Assembly: GCA_963704705.1 (NCBI GenBank)
Contig: OY969931.1
Coordinates: forward strand, 1,320,001-1,352,000
Reading direction: 5' to 3'
Source: an uncultured bacterium
GTDB lineage: Bacteria; Patescibacteriota; Gracilibacteria; UBA1369; PNNO01
Length of the DNA stretch: 32,000 nucleotides
The notes under the pieces are model-generated. The model did no database searches. It had not been told where the DNA came from and saw only the letters and a program-made list of their open reading frames with translations. The position numbers and the translations under genes were made by a program. This document shows, one piece after another, positions 1 through 8,690 of the stretch (its first letter is position 1; every line of letters starts with the position of its first letter).

Positions 1-1
1 G

Positions 2-574
2 TGTAATCCGGCGAATAGTGAGAAGGGGTATGAGATATGTGAGTCAAGATTATTTGATGATAGGTATGTGTTGAAGGAATTTGCTCCGGATGGAGTAAAT
101 ACTGTCATTTTATTATGGAAAATTATAGGAGAGGGAATCAACAATGGTTCAACAATCGATACCGGATCAGTTGTTTTAGAACCATTTATATTTGGAGTAA
201 ATATTAATGAAAATATTAAGGTCAATGATATAAATGCATATTTCACAAAAAATCCGATTTATTGGATTACTCCAAACAGATCTGTAAATTTAAATGGTGC
301 TAATCCGGCTAATTTATCAGCTTATTTAGGCACAATACATAAACCAGTATTAAATTTGTTAGCAATCCACACTTTAAAATCAGATGGCGATAAAACTATT
401 CCATACCTTGAATATCAATTTAAAGCACCTATAGATTTGGCTACGCAAAGCCCAATTTCGAGTACATCAAAAGTGGTTAGGGTTGAAGTTATGGTTGATG
501 GTGGATATAGTGAAACTCTTGAACGAACTATTGCCTTGCCTAAGCCTGTTTCCGGATTTGTAATACAGCAATAA
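2..574 (+). CDS. C-terminal part of a hypothetical protein, truncated by the left window edge
   Basis: The frame of ORF 68..574 is open back to base 2 (CNPANSEKGYEICESRLFDRYVLKEF...), so the gene probably starts outside the window. No family recognised. Confidence 0.6.
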   Translation, partial: CNPANSEKGYEICESRLFDDRYVLKEFAPDGVNTVILLWKIIGEGINNGSTIDTGSVVLEPFIFGVNINENIKVNDINAYFTKNPIYWITPNRSVNLNGANPANLSAYLGTIHKPVLNLLAIHTLKSDGDKTIPYLEYQFKAPIDLATQSPISSTSKVVRVEVMVDGGYSETLERTIALPKPVSGFVIQQ

Positions 575-580
575 TAATAC

Positions 581-609
581 TTGACAAACTAGGGTAAAAA
601 TGGTAATAT
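581..609 (+). promoter_or_regulatory. Sigma70-like promoter
   Basis: TTGACA (581-586), 17-nt spacer, TAATAT (604-609), lying before the long leader of ORF 790..3573. Confidence 0.6.
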
Positions 610-789
610 AATCACCTTTATTTAAATAAATTCAGGCTTTTTTTGTCGACAAGTTATCGGCTTGTAGATAAGGAAAGTTTGAATTGTCAACTGCTCATTG
701 ACAATCAAATTTCAAAATATCAGCCTCCGTCAAAGGCTGATTAGATATATAAAATCAACAAAAACCAAGATTCATTCCTGAAATATGGA

Positions 790-3573
790 ATGGAAAGGAT
801 AGAGACCATGCGACAGATCACAACGATCGCGTTTCTTTTTTTCCTCTGCGTCCTGAACATTCGTTCAGCGTCAGCGCAGATCAACCCCTCTATCGGAACT
901 TCCGGCGGCGTTTGCTACGTCGACGGATCCGGTAACGTAGAGTGCCGGGACCTGGTGACCAACACCTCGCTCGGCAGCTTCAGCTACGGGTCCGGTAGCG
1001 GAAACATCGACGCATACGAGAACCTTTTCTTCACAAGCGATCCGAACGGGACTCCAATGATACAAATTCGAGACATGAACGACAACTCAGTCTGTTCCGT
1101 TCAAGGAAATGGCAGGGGGAGTGGAACCCCCAACGATGTTTACGTGACCCACTTTAACCAGAACAAGCTCGTCAAGGTAGCAAGGAGCCCTTTGACCTGT
1201 GCCTCCCCAACTGATATCCCACTTATTGGGAAAAGTCCTGCCAGAATCATTCCGATCGGAGACATCCTATATGTTCTCAACCAGGGATCCCTGACTGTCA
1301 GCCCTTCCATCGACGAGGTTGATACAGCCAACGGTGATGCGGTAACTTCGCATTCTCTTGGCGGAGTGTACGCTGATAGCGTCAAAGACATGACGTACGA
1401 TCCGAGCTCCAACTCCTTTATCGTAACTCACGGCGCAGGCTTTTGGGCCGTGGATCGTTCCACGTGGAACAAAACGAGCTGGGGAGATGTTACTAATCCG
1501 ATGGGTGAAATCGCTTACCTCGACGGGTACATCGTCTCCCATCACCTGGGTGGCAACACCGGCTACATCATCGACCCCACCAACCCAACTGCTGAAACCT
1601 CTGCGTCAATCTTCTTCGGTTTCGGCGCAACTCTGGGCTACAGTTCTATCGGCCTCACCGCGCTCTTTGTGGATGCGAACGGCCTTCACGCATTCAACTT
1701 GTCCGGCGTGGAGCAAGCATTCAGTCCCGTAAGTGCGACTGCCCAAGGTGTGGTCAACGTCAAGCCCTGGGTCACCGGCCCGGTGTGCAACAACGGCACC
1801 AAGGAGACCGGCGAGCAGTGCGACGGTTCCGATCTCGGGACCGAGACCTGCATCACGCAGGGCTTCCTCGGCGGTACCCTGGCCTGCACGTCTTCGTGCA
1901 CCTTCGACACTTCCGGCTGCATCTCCCAGATCTGCCTCAACGGCACCAAGGAGGGCACCGAGGAGTGTGACGGCAGCGACTACGGCGGGGCAACCTGCCA
2001 GACGCTGGGCTTCGTGGGCGGCTCCCTGAGCTGCTCCGGCACCTGCACCATCGACACGAGCAACTGCACCATGTGCGGAAACAACAGTGTCGATGCGGGT
2101 GAGCAATGTGACGGCTCCAACCTCAACGGCCAGACCTGCCTGTCGCGGGGATTCGATGGCGGCACCCTAGGGTGCAGCGGCAGTTGTTCGTTCGATACGA
2201 GCAGCTGCACCACCATCACCTGTGGCAACAGCATTGTCGAGGGCAACGAGCAGTGCGATGGAGCCAACCTCAACGGGCAGACCTGTGTTTCGCAGGGCTA
2301 CGCAGGCGGAACTCTCGCCTGCCAGCCCGGCTCCTGCGCGTTCGATACCAGCGGCTGCACCATGTGCGGCAACAGCAGTATCGACACCGGTGAGCAGTGC
2401 GACAGTGCCAACCTCAACGGCGCTTCGTGCGAATCCCAGGGCTACCCTGGCGGAGGCACTCTCGCGTGCTCCGCCAACTGTTCCTTTGACACGTCATCCT
2501 GCAGCATGAGCACCTGCGGGAACGGCGTTATCGATAATGGAGAGACCTGCGACGATAACAATGAGACGGACGGTGACGGCTGTTCGTCAATTTGTCAGGT
2601 CGAAGACGGATACGAGTGCAACGGCACTCCGTCCGACTGTTCTCTCCTTTGTGGCAACGGCGTTATCGATGACGGTGAGGAATGTGACACCAATGACTTT
2701 GGTGGCCTCACCTGCACCGACTTCGGTGGTGACACGGGTGCACTCACCTGCACCCAGGCCTGCACCATCAACTCCGGCAACTGTCCCTCGTGCAACGAGA
2801 GCGGACTGGTGCAGCAGCTTACCTCCGATGATTTCGACATCAGTCAGCTTCAGGGCAGACTCAGAGAGACCTATGACCAGGCCATCAATGACCTGCAACC
2901 CATGGACCTCGTTGCTAACTGCGAAGACGTCGAGATCTACGGTGTCACTGGCCCGGCCATTGTCGTGGATGTGGAGGAGGGCAAGTACGTCCTCTTCCGT
3001 GTTCAGACCGGAACCTTCACGATCGACCGCCTCTTCTTCTCCCGCTACGGAGCGGCAAGACTGGCGGTCTCGATGGATGTTCTCACCGAACACGAGATCT
3101 ACGGCGATGGAGATGTGGTCGTCATTCACACTGGCGAAGACGTCTTCGTGAAACGTGGTTGGAACATCATCGGTACTGTCGGTACCATCTATGGTGTCGT
3201 TTCCGCCACGTACAACGAGCGCCAGAAGAAAGATGGCTGGTTCTGGGCTCTGATCCCTCAAACCGATGAACTCGAGCCCACTGAGTTCGGTAACGAACTC
3301 AACGGCATCATCATCGGTATGGACGATACTGGCCTGCCGTACTACATCGACAAGGCCAACGCCCAGGATCTCTCCGAGATCGGGCGCAAACCCCAGCCCC
3401 CCAAGAAGAAGGGGTGTGCCGGGTGCTCCCAGTCGGACGGAGCGACGCCCACCGGCGTCATGATGTTCGGCCTTCTGATGTTCTGGCTCCTTTGGAGCGT
3501 GCGACGTTCACGTCGTAGTGCCCCGGCCCGCATCAAGAAGAACGATCGCAAGTCCCGCAGTCGGCTTTCATAG
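790..3573 (+). CDS. Secreted Cys-rich repeat protein with MYXO-CTERM-like C-terminal sorting tail
   Basis: Signal-peptide-like N-terminus (TIAFLFFLCVLNIRSASA). Seven repeats of the type CGNGVIDxGExCD...C...CxxxC, resembling the Myxococcus cysteine-rich repeat. C-terminus GCAGCSQSDGATPTGVMMFGLLMFWLLWSVRRSRR is Cys motif, TM helix, Arg cluster. GC-rich codon usage. The true start may be the internal ATG at 808 (MRQITTIAF). Confidence 0.85.
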   Translation: MERIETMRQITTIAFLFFLCVLNIRSASAQINPSIGTSGGVCYVDGSGNVECRDLVTNTSLGSFSYGSGSGNIDAYENLFFTSDPNGTPMIQIRDMNDNSVCSVQGNGRGSGTPNDVYVTHFNQNKLVKVARSPLTCASPTDIPLIGKSPARIIPIGDILYVLNQGSLTVSPSIDEVDTANGDAVTSHSLGGVYADSVKDMTYDPSSNSFIVTHGAGFWAVDRSTWNKTSWGDVTNPMGEIAYLDGYIVSHHLGGNTGYIIDPTNPTAETSASIFFGFGATLGYSSIGLTALFVDANGLHAFNLSGVEQAFSPVSATAQGVVNVKPWVTGPVCNNGTKETGEQCDGSDLGTETCITQGFLGGTLACTSSCTFDTSGCISQICLNGTKEGTEECDGSDYGGATCQTLGFVGGSLSCSGTCTIDTSNCTMCGNNSVDAGEQCDGSNLNGQTCLSRGFDGGTLGCSGSCSFDTSSCTTITCGNSIVEGNEQCDGANLNGQTCVSQGYAGGTLACQPGSCAFDTSGCTMCGNSSIDTGEQCDSANLNGASCESQGYPGGGTLACSANCSFDTSSCSMSTCGNGVIDNGETCDDNNETDGDGCSSICQVEDGYECNGTPSDCSLLCGNGVIDDGEECDTNDFGGLTCTDFGGDTGALTCTQACTINSGNCPSCNESGLVQQLTSDDFDISQLQGRLRETYDQAINDLQPMDLVANCEDVEIYGVTGPAIVVDVEEGKYVLFRVQTGTFTIDRLFFSRYGAARLAVSMDVLTEHEIYGDGDVVVIHTGEDVFVKRGWNIIGTVGTIYGVVSATYNERQKKDGWFWALIPQTDELEPTEFGNELNGIIIGMDDTGLPYYIDKANAQDLSEIGRKPQPPKKKGCAGCSQSDGATPTGVMMFGLLMFWLLWSVRRSRRSAPARIKKNDRKSRSRLS
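1785..2783 (+). repeat. Seven tandem Cys-rich protein repeats of about 40-45 aa
   Basis: Units CNNGTKETGEQCDGSDLG..., CLNGTKEGTEECDGSDYGG..., CGNNSVDAGEQCDGSNLNGQTC..., CGNSIVEGNEQCDGANLNGQTC..., CGNSSIDTGEQCDSANLNGASC..., CGNGVIDNGETCDDNNETDGDGC..., CGNGVIDDGEECDTNDFGGLTC... Confidence 0.85.
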
Positions 3574-3610
3574 CTGACAAGCGGTGGCGATAGCGACAAC
3601 AACCTCTAGC

Positions 3611-3644
3611 CCCGGCTTTCCATCGTGGAAGCCGGGCTTTTTTT
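3611..3644 (+). terminator. Intrinsic terminator of ORF 790..3573
   Basis: CCCGGCTT(3611-3618)...AAGCCGGG(3629-3636) followed by CTTTTTTT. Confidence 0.9.
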
Positions 3645-3672
3645 ATGCCCTTTTTTATGCTAAAATATAGGG

Positions 3673-5700
3673 ATGATTAAAAAACTTACCTTCACTATCG
3701 GCATAGGAATTTTTGTAGCAATTTTCGCTGCTATCCTGTCATATATAAATCCGCTTGAATCATGGCACTTAAAAATTGCTGACAGTCTTTATACAAAAAA
3801 TAATCCAAGCGATAACATCGTGATAATTGGAATAGATGAGGTAAGCATTAATGATAAGTCGAAATTCGGACTTGGAAGATTTGGATCATGGAGCAGGGCA
3901 TACTACAAAACAGTAATTGAAAATCTTGAAAATGCAGGAGCTAAAGTAATCGGTATTGATTTACTTCTAACTGAAAAACAAACAAGCATTACTGAAGATT
4001 ACATTAAAAATCTTATAAAAAATCCCGAAGAAATAAAAAATTACAGTCCTTTGGTTGATAATCCAGAAGATCTTGAATTGGCTCAAACACTGACAAAATA
4101 TTCAAACATTATACTGCCTGCGGTTGATCTTGGTGAATCAGATGAAATAATTGCTGATGAACCTCTTCCGATTTTTATAAATCATAATAACGAAGAAGTT
4201 GGATTAATTAATATAAATTTAGATGAAGACAGTGTTGCGAGAAGAATTCCAATCGAAAATTCTTTTGCTTTTAAAGCAGCCCAAAAATTCTCTCCATCAG
4301 CAATCGACACATATAAAATCCCTGTTGAAAACAATGAAATGTTAATTAATTATTTTGAGGAGCCTTATGAATATGATTCAATTCCATTTGTTGAAGCTTA
4401 CAATGACAATTTTGATTCTGCACGAGTTAAAGACAAAATCGTGTTAATAGGCGTAACTACTCAAAAAATCGGTGACCATTATGCAACTCCAAAAGATACA
4501 AAAATCGAAATGCCCGGAGTTGAAATCCACGCTAATGCAATCCAGACAATTCTGTCTCAGGAATACCTCCAAAATCAATCTCAGCTTAGCGAAACAATCA
4601 CAATAATTTTACTGGCATTGGCAGTTGCTTTAATTTTGTCGTTTTTAAATATCTGGCTTGCCACAGCCATAATTTTGGCAATCACAGGCGGCTATTACGG
4701 CTATGCGCACTTAGTATACAGCCGCGGTACGATCCTCAATATGATCTACCCGTTTATAACAATTGCAGTAGCTTACGTTGCCACATTAACTTACAAATAT
4801 TTTGTTGAACTACGCGAAAAAAAGTACGTAAAAACAGCATTCGGACGATACTTAAGCCCGAATGTAATGTCCGAAGTTCTTAAAGATCCAAACCTCCTCC
4901 ACCTTGGCGGAACAAAACGAAATGTAACGGTTTTCTTCAGCGATATAGCGAACTTCACAACTATGTCTGAAGGCTTGCTGCCGGAACAACTCGTTAGCCA
5001 AATCAATGACTACTTAAGCGCCATGACAGATATTATTATGGATCTTGGCGGCACTCTCGATAAATATGTTGGAGACGCAATTGTGGCTTATTTCGGCGCT
5101 CCTCTTGATATGGCGGACCATGCGGCAAAAGCATGCGAAGCAGCAATAAGAATGAGAGAACAATTACCTCGACTGCACGAAAAATGGCAGGCTGAAGGCA
5201 AACCTTTGGCAGACTTCCGCGTAGGAATAAACAGCGGATTTGTTGTTGTTGGAAATGTAGGATGCGAAAAACGCTTCGACTACACAATCCTCGGCGACGA
5301 AGTAAATTTGGGATCACGCCTTGAAGGTGCAAACAAAAAATATAACACGCATACAATGATCAGCGAAGCCACTTTGGCTTCAATCGGTGACGGCTTTACA
5401 GTGCGCGAACTCGACTTACTGCGAGTTAAAGGCAAAAATAAACCGGTTCGCATTTACGAACTTATAGGGCGAAGTGGCGGTTTAAGTGGCGAAGGCCAGG
5501 AGCTTTTAGAGAGATATAACGCGGGCATAACATTATATTGGAAGCGCGAATTTGCAGAGGCTTTGAAAGAATTCGATGCTGCCCTTGCGATATACGCCAA
5601 CGACGGCCCTTCAAAAGTTTACAGACAGCGCTGCGAAGTTCTGCGCGATTTCCCTCCAAAACCTGATTGGGACGGGGTTTTTGAGATGCATGAAAAGTAG
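3673..5700 (+). CDS. CHASE2-domain adenylate/guanylate cyclase (class III)
   Basis: N-terminal TM plus CHASE2-like region (ADSLYTKNNPSDNIVIIGIDEVSINDKS...GAKVIGIDLLLTE), TM helices, then a class III catalytic domain (VTVFFSDIANFTTMSE...LGGTLDKYVGDAIVAYFGAP...VGINSGFVVVGNVG...DYTILGDEVNLGSRLEG). Confidence 0.93.
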   Translation: MIKKLTFTIGIGIFVAIFAAILSYINPLESWHLKIADSLYTKNNPSDNIVIIGIDEVSINDKSKFGLGRFGSWSRAYYKTVIENLENAGAKVIGIDLLLTEKQTSITEDYIKNLIKNPEEIKNYSPLVDNPEDLELAQTLTKYSNIILPAVDLGESDEIIADEPLPIFINHNNEEVGLININLDEDSVARRIPIENSFAFKAAQKFSPSAIDTYKIPVENNEMLINYFEEPYEYDSIPFVEAYNDNFDSARVKDKIVLIGVTTQKIGDHYATPKDTKIEMPGVEIHANAIQTILSQEYLQNQSQLSETITIILLALAVALILSFLNIWLATAIILAITGGYYGYAHLVYSRGTILNMIYPFITIAVAYVATLTYKYFVELREKKYVKTAFGRYLSPNVMSEVLKDPNLLHLGGTKRNVTVFFSDIANFTTMSEGLLPEQLVSQINDYLSAMTDIIMDLGGTLDKYVGDAIVAYFGAPLDMADHAAKACEAAIRMREQLPRLHEKWQAEGKPLADFRVGINSGFVVVGNVGCEKRFDYTILGDEVNLGSRLEGANKKYNTHTMISEATLASIGDGFTVRELDLLRVKGKNKPVRIYELIGRSGGLSGEGQELLERYNAGITLYWKREFAEALKEFDAALAIYANDGPSKVYRQRCEVLRDFPPKPDWDGVFEMHEK

Positions 5701-5701
5701 G

Positions 5702-6259
5702 TTACGCTCTTTCAGCGTATTCACCTGTATCGGTATTTACCCTAACTTTATCTCCTTCATTAATAAAAAGCGGAACCTGCACAACAAGACCTGTTTCGAG
5801 TGTTGCGGGTTTTTTGCCGCCGCTTGCTGTATCACCTTTAACACCGGGCGTTGTTTCTTTAACTTCAAAAACCATTTTTGGAGGAAGCTCAACAGAAATC
5901 ATTTTGCCTTCAAAAAACACTCCGTCAACTGTTGAGCCTTCTAGCAAATAATCAACGAGTCCTTCGATAATATCCAAAGAAACCTCAAACTGCTCATAAT
6001 TACTCTCATCCATAAAAAAAGCCGCATTCTCATCTTTATACAAATATTGAACTTTTTGCTTTCGCACATCCACAAGCTCAAAAGATTCACCTGACAAGAA
6101 AGTTTTATCCATTGTTGCACCCGTTCTTACATTTTTAAGTTTGCTGCGCATAACCGGTTTTCGCTGTTGCTGGCGATTAAACTCGCTCCACATAATTACA
6201 TACGGTTCTCCGTTTATTTTTACGATTCTGCCCTTTGTAAGATCAGTTAAATTACCCAT
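5702..6259 (-). CDS. efp: Elongation factor P
   Basis: MGNLTDLTKGRIVKINGEPYVIMWSEF...RSKLKNVRTGATMDKTF...PLFINEGDKVRVNTDTGEYAERA. Full EF-P layout. The listed ORF starts at 6313, but the likely start is the internal Met at 6259. Confidence 0.93.
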   Translation of the reverse strand: MGNLTDLTKGRIVKINGEPYVIMWSEFNRQQQRKPVMRSKLKNVRTGATMDKTFLSGESFELVDVRKQKVQYLYKDENAAFFMDESNYEQFEVSLDIIEGLVDYLLEGSTVDGVFFEGKMISVELPPKMVFEVKETTPGVKGDTASGGKKPATLETGLVVQVPLFINEGDKVRVNTDTGEYAERA

Positions 6260-6326
6260 TTTGCGTGTTGTTATATGCAGGAGAAATATATAGAAATCCG
6301 GCTTTAAAAGCAAGATCTCCAGATTG

Positions 6327-6378
6327 CCTTACCGAGTAAGGGGGTCTTGCCGAGTAAGGCCCCTTTGCCGAGTAACCC
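6327..6378. repeat. Palindromic short repeat cluster, three units of the CCGAGTAAG subtype
   Basis: cTTACCGAGTAAGGggg, cTTGCCGAGTAAGGccc, tTTGCCGAGTAAccc, between divergent efp and the sigma-factor gene. Confidence 0.8.
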
Positions 6379-6437
6379 AATTTTTGTAATGACCCCACAG
6401 AATTAAGCTTATATTAAGTGAAAGATACGAATGAGCC

Positions 6438-6466
6438 TTGACAAGTTGGGAGATATTTGTTATAAA
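6438..6466 (+). promoter_or_regulatory. Sigma70-like promoter for the sigma-factor gene
   Basis: TTGACA (6438-6443), 17-nt spacer, TATAAA (6461-6466), upstream of ATG 6493. Confidence 0.65.
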
Positions 6467-6492
6467 ATACACCTTATACTTAGGCGTATTTT

Positions 6493-7065
6493 ATGTCTCA
6501 AGACCTGGAAAAAGAAAAAAAGTTGATAGAAGATGCAAAAAAAGATCCTGACGGATTCCTTGTTTTGTATGATAAATATTATGAACAAATCTATAAGTAC
6601 ATTTACCGCAGATGCGGTGGCGATAAGGATGTTGCTCATGATATAACAAGCCAGACTTTTTTGGATGCTCTTGAGAATATTAAGACTTTTGAATTTCAGG
6701 GATATCCTTTCTCTTCATGGCTTTATAAAATCGCGCACAACAATGTGATTAAGTGGTATAGAAAAACCAATAAACGCCAGCACATACCTATTGAAGAGGC
6801 TTATAATGTAAGCGATAAAACACAGGATCAAACTGAAAAAGCTGACGGCGTAATTGCACAGGAACAAGTAAGCGAAATGATGAAGCATTTGGATGAAGAT
6901 GAATGTGAAATTTTAAAACTGAAATTCTTTGAAGGTCTTTCAAATATAGAAATCGCCAATGTTATGGGATTATCAGTTTCAAATATCGGTGTTAAAGTAT
7001 TTAGAACTTTAAAAAAGGCCAAAGGCCTGCTCCCAACAAAACACGACCTCAAACAACTTTACTAA
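6493..7065 (+). CDS. RNA polymerase sigma factor, sigma-70 family (ECF-like)
   Basis: Region 2-like YDKYYEQIYKYIYRRCGGDKDVAHDITSQTFLDALENI...PFSSWLYKIAHNNVIKWYRK and region 4 HTH DECEILKLKFFEGLSNIEIANVMGLSVSNIGVKVFRTLKKAK. Confidence 0.9.
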   Translation: MSQDLEKEKKLIEDAKKDPDGFLVLYDKYYEQIYKYIYRRCGGDKDVAHDITSQTFLDALENIKTFEFQGYPFSSWLYKIAHNNVIKWYRKTNKRQHIPIEEAYNVSDKTQDQTEKADGVIAQEQVSEMMKHLDEDECEILKLKFFEGLSNIEIANVMGLSVSNIGVKVFRTLKKAKGLLPTKHDLKQLY

Positions 7066-7069
7066 AAAT

Positions 7070-8044
7070 ATGAACGAAAATAGCTATTTTAGCGACATCA
7101 CCGAGTTTTTTCTTAAAGCCAAAAAAGCTGAGAATATTGAAGTGAATCCTCATTCTAAGGCTGCAATACGCGAAATGATTTCGTATAAAATCGAGCAGCT
7201 TAAAAAGGTTGCGGATTCCAAACCCGAAGAAAGCTTCTGGTCTAAATGGAAAAAAACTTTAATTGGCGTACCAGCCTCTATTTTAGCTGTATTTGTGATT
7301 GTATTCGCTTTGCAAAACAATCAAATTGCAGTTCCTCAAGAAGATTTTTCACCTACCGGAGGAGGCGATATTGTAAATGAAGCCGACCTTATAAAAACCG
7401 TTGAAGATTCAGCGGTTATTAAAGATATTGAAAAACCCGAAGAAAGAACTGTTAAAGTAGACCCTCTGGTTATTGATTATGGGGATGAGCAAAAAGCCGT
7501 TCCGAGTACCCCAAAAACTTCTAATACAAGCGCAGCATCGGAATCAGCAACTCCGGTTACTGAAAAACCCATGCTCTTGAGTGTACCAACAACTGGCGGT
7601 CCAGTGCCGACTACTACTCAGACACCTGCTCCTCTTCCAACACCGCAGCCTACAACAACTTCTGAACAGCAGCAAACCGCACCAGCGGCAAACGACGGAT
7701 TTACATATATAAATCAAACTATTAACGAGCCAGTAACCACCCAGCCAGTAACTACGCCACAGGAAATCCCAACTGAAAAAGTTAAAAAAATTATAGATAA
7801 CGGTATTATTATTCAATCAGATGAAAACATTACCCAATATAGAGAACCTATTTCCCCTATTACTCCGAATCTTGATAAAACCGCTTTGGAAAAACTCCAA
7901 ATTACTGATAACCTAAGCACTGTCAATGTCCACTATTTAAATGAGGATCAGGCAGCTATCGAGGTAAAAAATCCGGATGGCACAAGATGGTATATGGTAG
8001 AAAAAATGAACGGCAACTGGGCAGTGACACAAAAATTTGATTAA
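7070..8044 (+). CDS. Single-pass membrane protein, putative anti-sigma partner
   Basis: Starts 4 nt after the sigma-factor ORF. Cytoplasmic N-terminal region, one TM (VPASILAVFVIVFAL), a Pro/Thr-rich linker, and a C-terminal globular region. Anti-sigma role inferred from context and topology. Confidence 0.6.
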   Translation: MNENSYFSDITEFFLKAKKAENIEVNPHSKAAIREMISYKIEQLKKVADSKPEESFWSKWKKTLIGVPASILAVFVIVFALQNNQIAVPQEDFSPTGGGDIVNEADLIKTVEDSAVIKDIEKPEERTVKVDPLVIDYGDEQKAVPSTPKTSNTSAASESATPVTEKPMLLSVPTTGGPVPTTTQTPAPLPTPQPTTTSEQQQTAPAANDGFTYINQTINEPVTTQPVTTPQEIPTEKVKKIIDNGIIIQSDENITQYREPISPITPNLDKTALEKLQITDNLSTVNVHYLNEDQAAIEVKNPDGTRWYMVEKMNGNWAVTQKFD

Positions 8045-8059
8045 TCGATTGTTGTCACA

Positions 8060-8680
8060 ATGCAAAAACTGCTGATTGCCACTACAAATCTTGGAAAATT
8101 TTCAGAAATAAAAGAAGTAATCGGAGATCTTAATCTCGATCTTTATCATTTGCATCATGATGAATTCGCTGACATATTGGCCAGCGATCACTTTGAAGAA
8201 AACGGAGAAACATTTGAGGAAAACGCCGAAGCCAAGGCTTCGCATTATCATGAGCTTTTGGGCCTGCCAACCATTGGTGAGGATTCAGGTATAATTGTTG
8301 ATGCTTTGAAGGGCGAACTCGGCGTTAAAACGCGGCGCTGGGGAGCGGGTGCGGATGCAACTGATGAAGAATGGATAGATCATTTTATGAAAGTAATGAA
8401 GGATATACCTGAAGCCGAGCGCGGAGCGCGGTTTGTTTGCTGTGCGGCATTTATTGACGGACCCGGTGAATTGGTTTTATTCAGGGGAGAAACCGAAGGT
8501 GTGATTACCCATGAACTCGAAGCGCCTTTACGGCAGGGAATACCTCTGAGTTCTTGTTTCAGGCCAATCGGCTGCGACAAAGTTTATGCTGCCTTAAGCG
8601 AAACCGAGAAAAATCGTTTAAGTCATAGAGGAAAAGCATTTCATGAACTCCGTAAATATTTGTTGACTTATTTTCAATAA
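8060..8680 (+). CDS. rdgB: Non-canonical purine NTP pyrophosphatase (RdgB/HAM1 family)
   Basis: LLIATTNLGKFSEIKEVI..., ENAEAKASHYHELLGLPTIGEDSGIIVDAL, SFRPIG-like SSCFRPIGCDKVYA, LSHRGKAFHEL. Confidence 0.93.
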   Translation: MQKLLIATTNLGKFSEIKEVIGDLNLDLYHLHHDEFADILASDHFEENGETFEENAEAKASHYHELLGLPTIGEDSGIIVDALKGELGVKTRRWGAGADATDEEWIDHFMKVMKDIPEAERGARFVCCAAFIDGPGELVLFRGETEGVITHELEAPLRQGIPLSSCFRPIGCDKVYAALSETEKNRLSHRGKAFHELRKYLLTYFQ

Positions 8681-8690
8681 GATATAAAAT
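8663..8690 (+). promoter_or_regulatory. Sigma70-like promoter upstream of structured noncoding region 1
   Basis: TTGACT (8663-8668), 16-nt spacer, TAAAAT (8685-8690). Overlaps the end of the RdgB-like ORF. Confidence 0.5.

Noticed and set aside
1785-2783. DNA-level tandem repeat or CRISPR-like array
   Set aside because: The periodicity is explained by coding of Cys-rich protein repeats; nucleotide identity between units is only partial.
871-3261. Overlapping minus- and plus-strand ORFs inside 790..3573 (for example 1606..2106 -, 2537..3151 +, 2587..3261 -)
   Set aside because: GC-rich coding DNA lowers random stop frequency. The 790..3573 frame has a signal peptide, regular Cys repeats and a sorting tail; the others show low-complexity translations.
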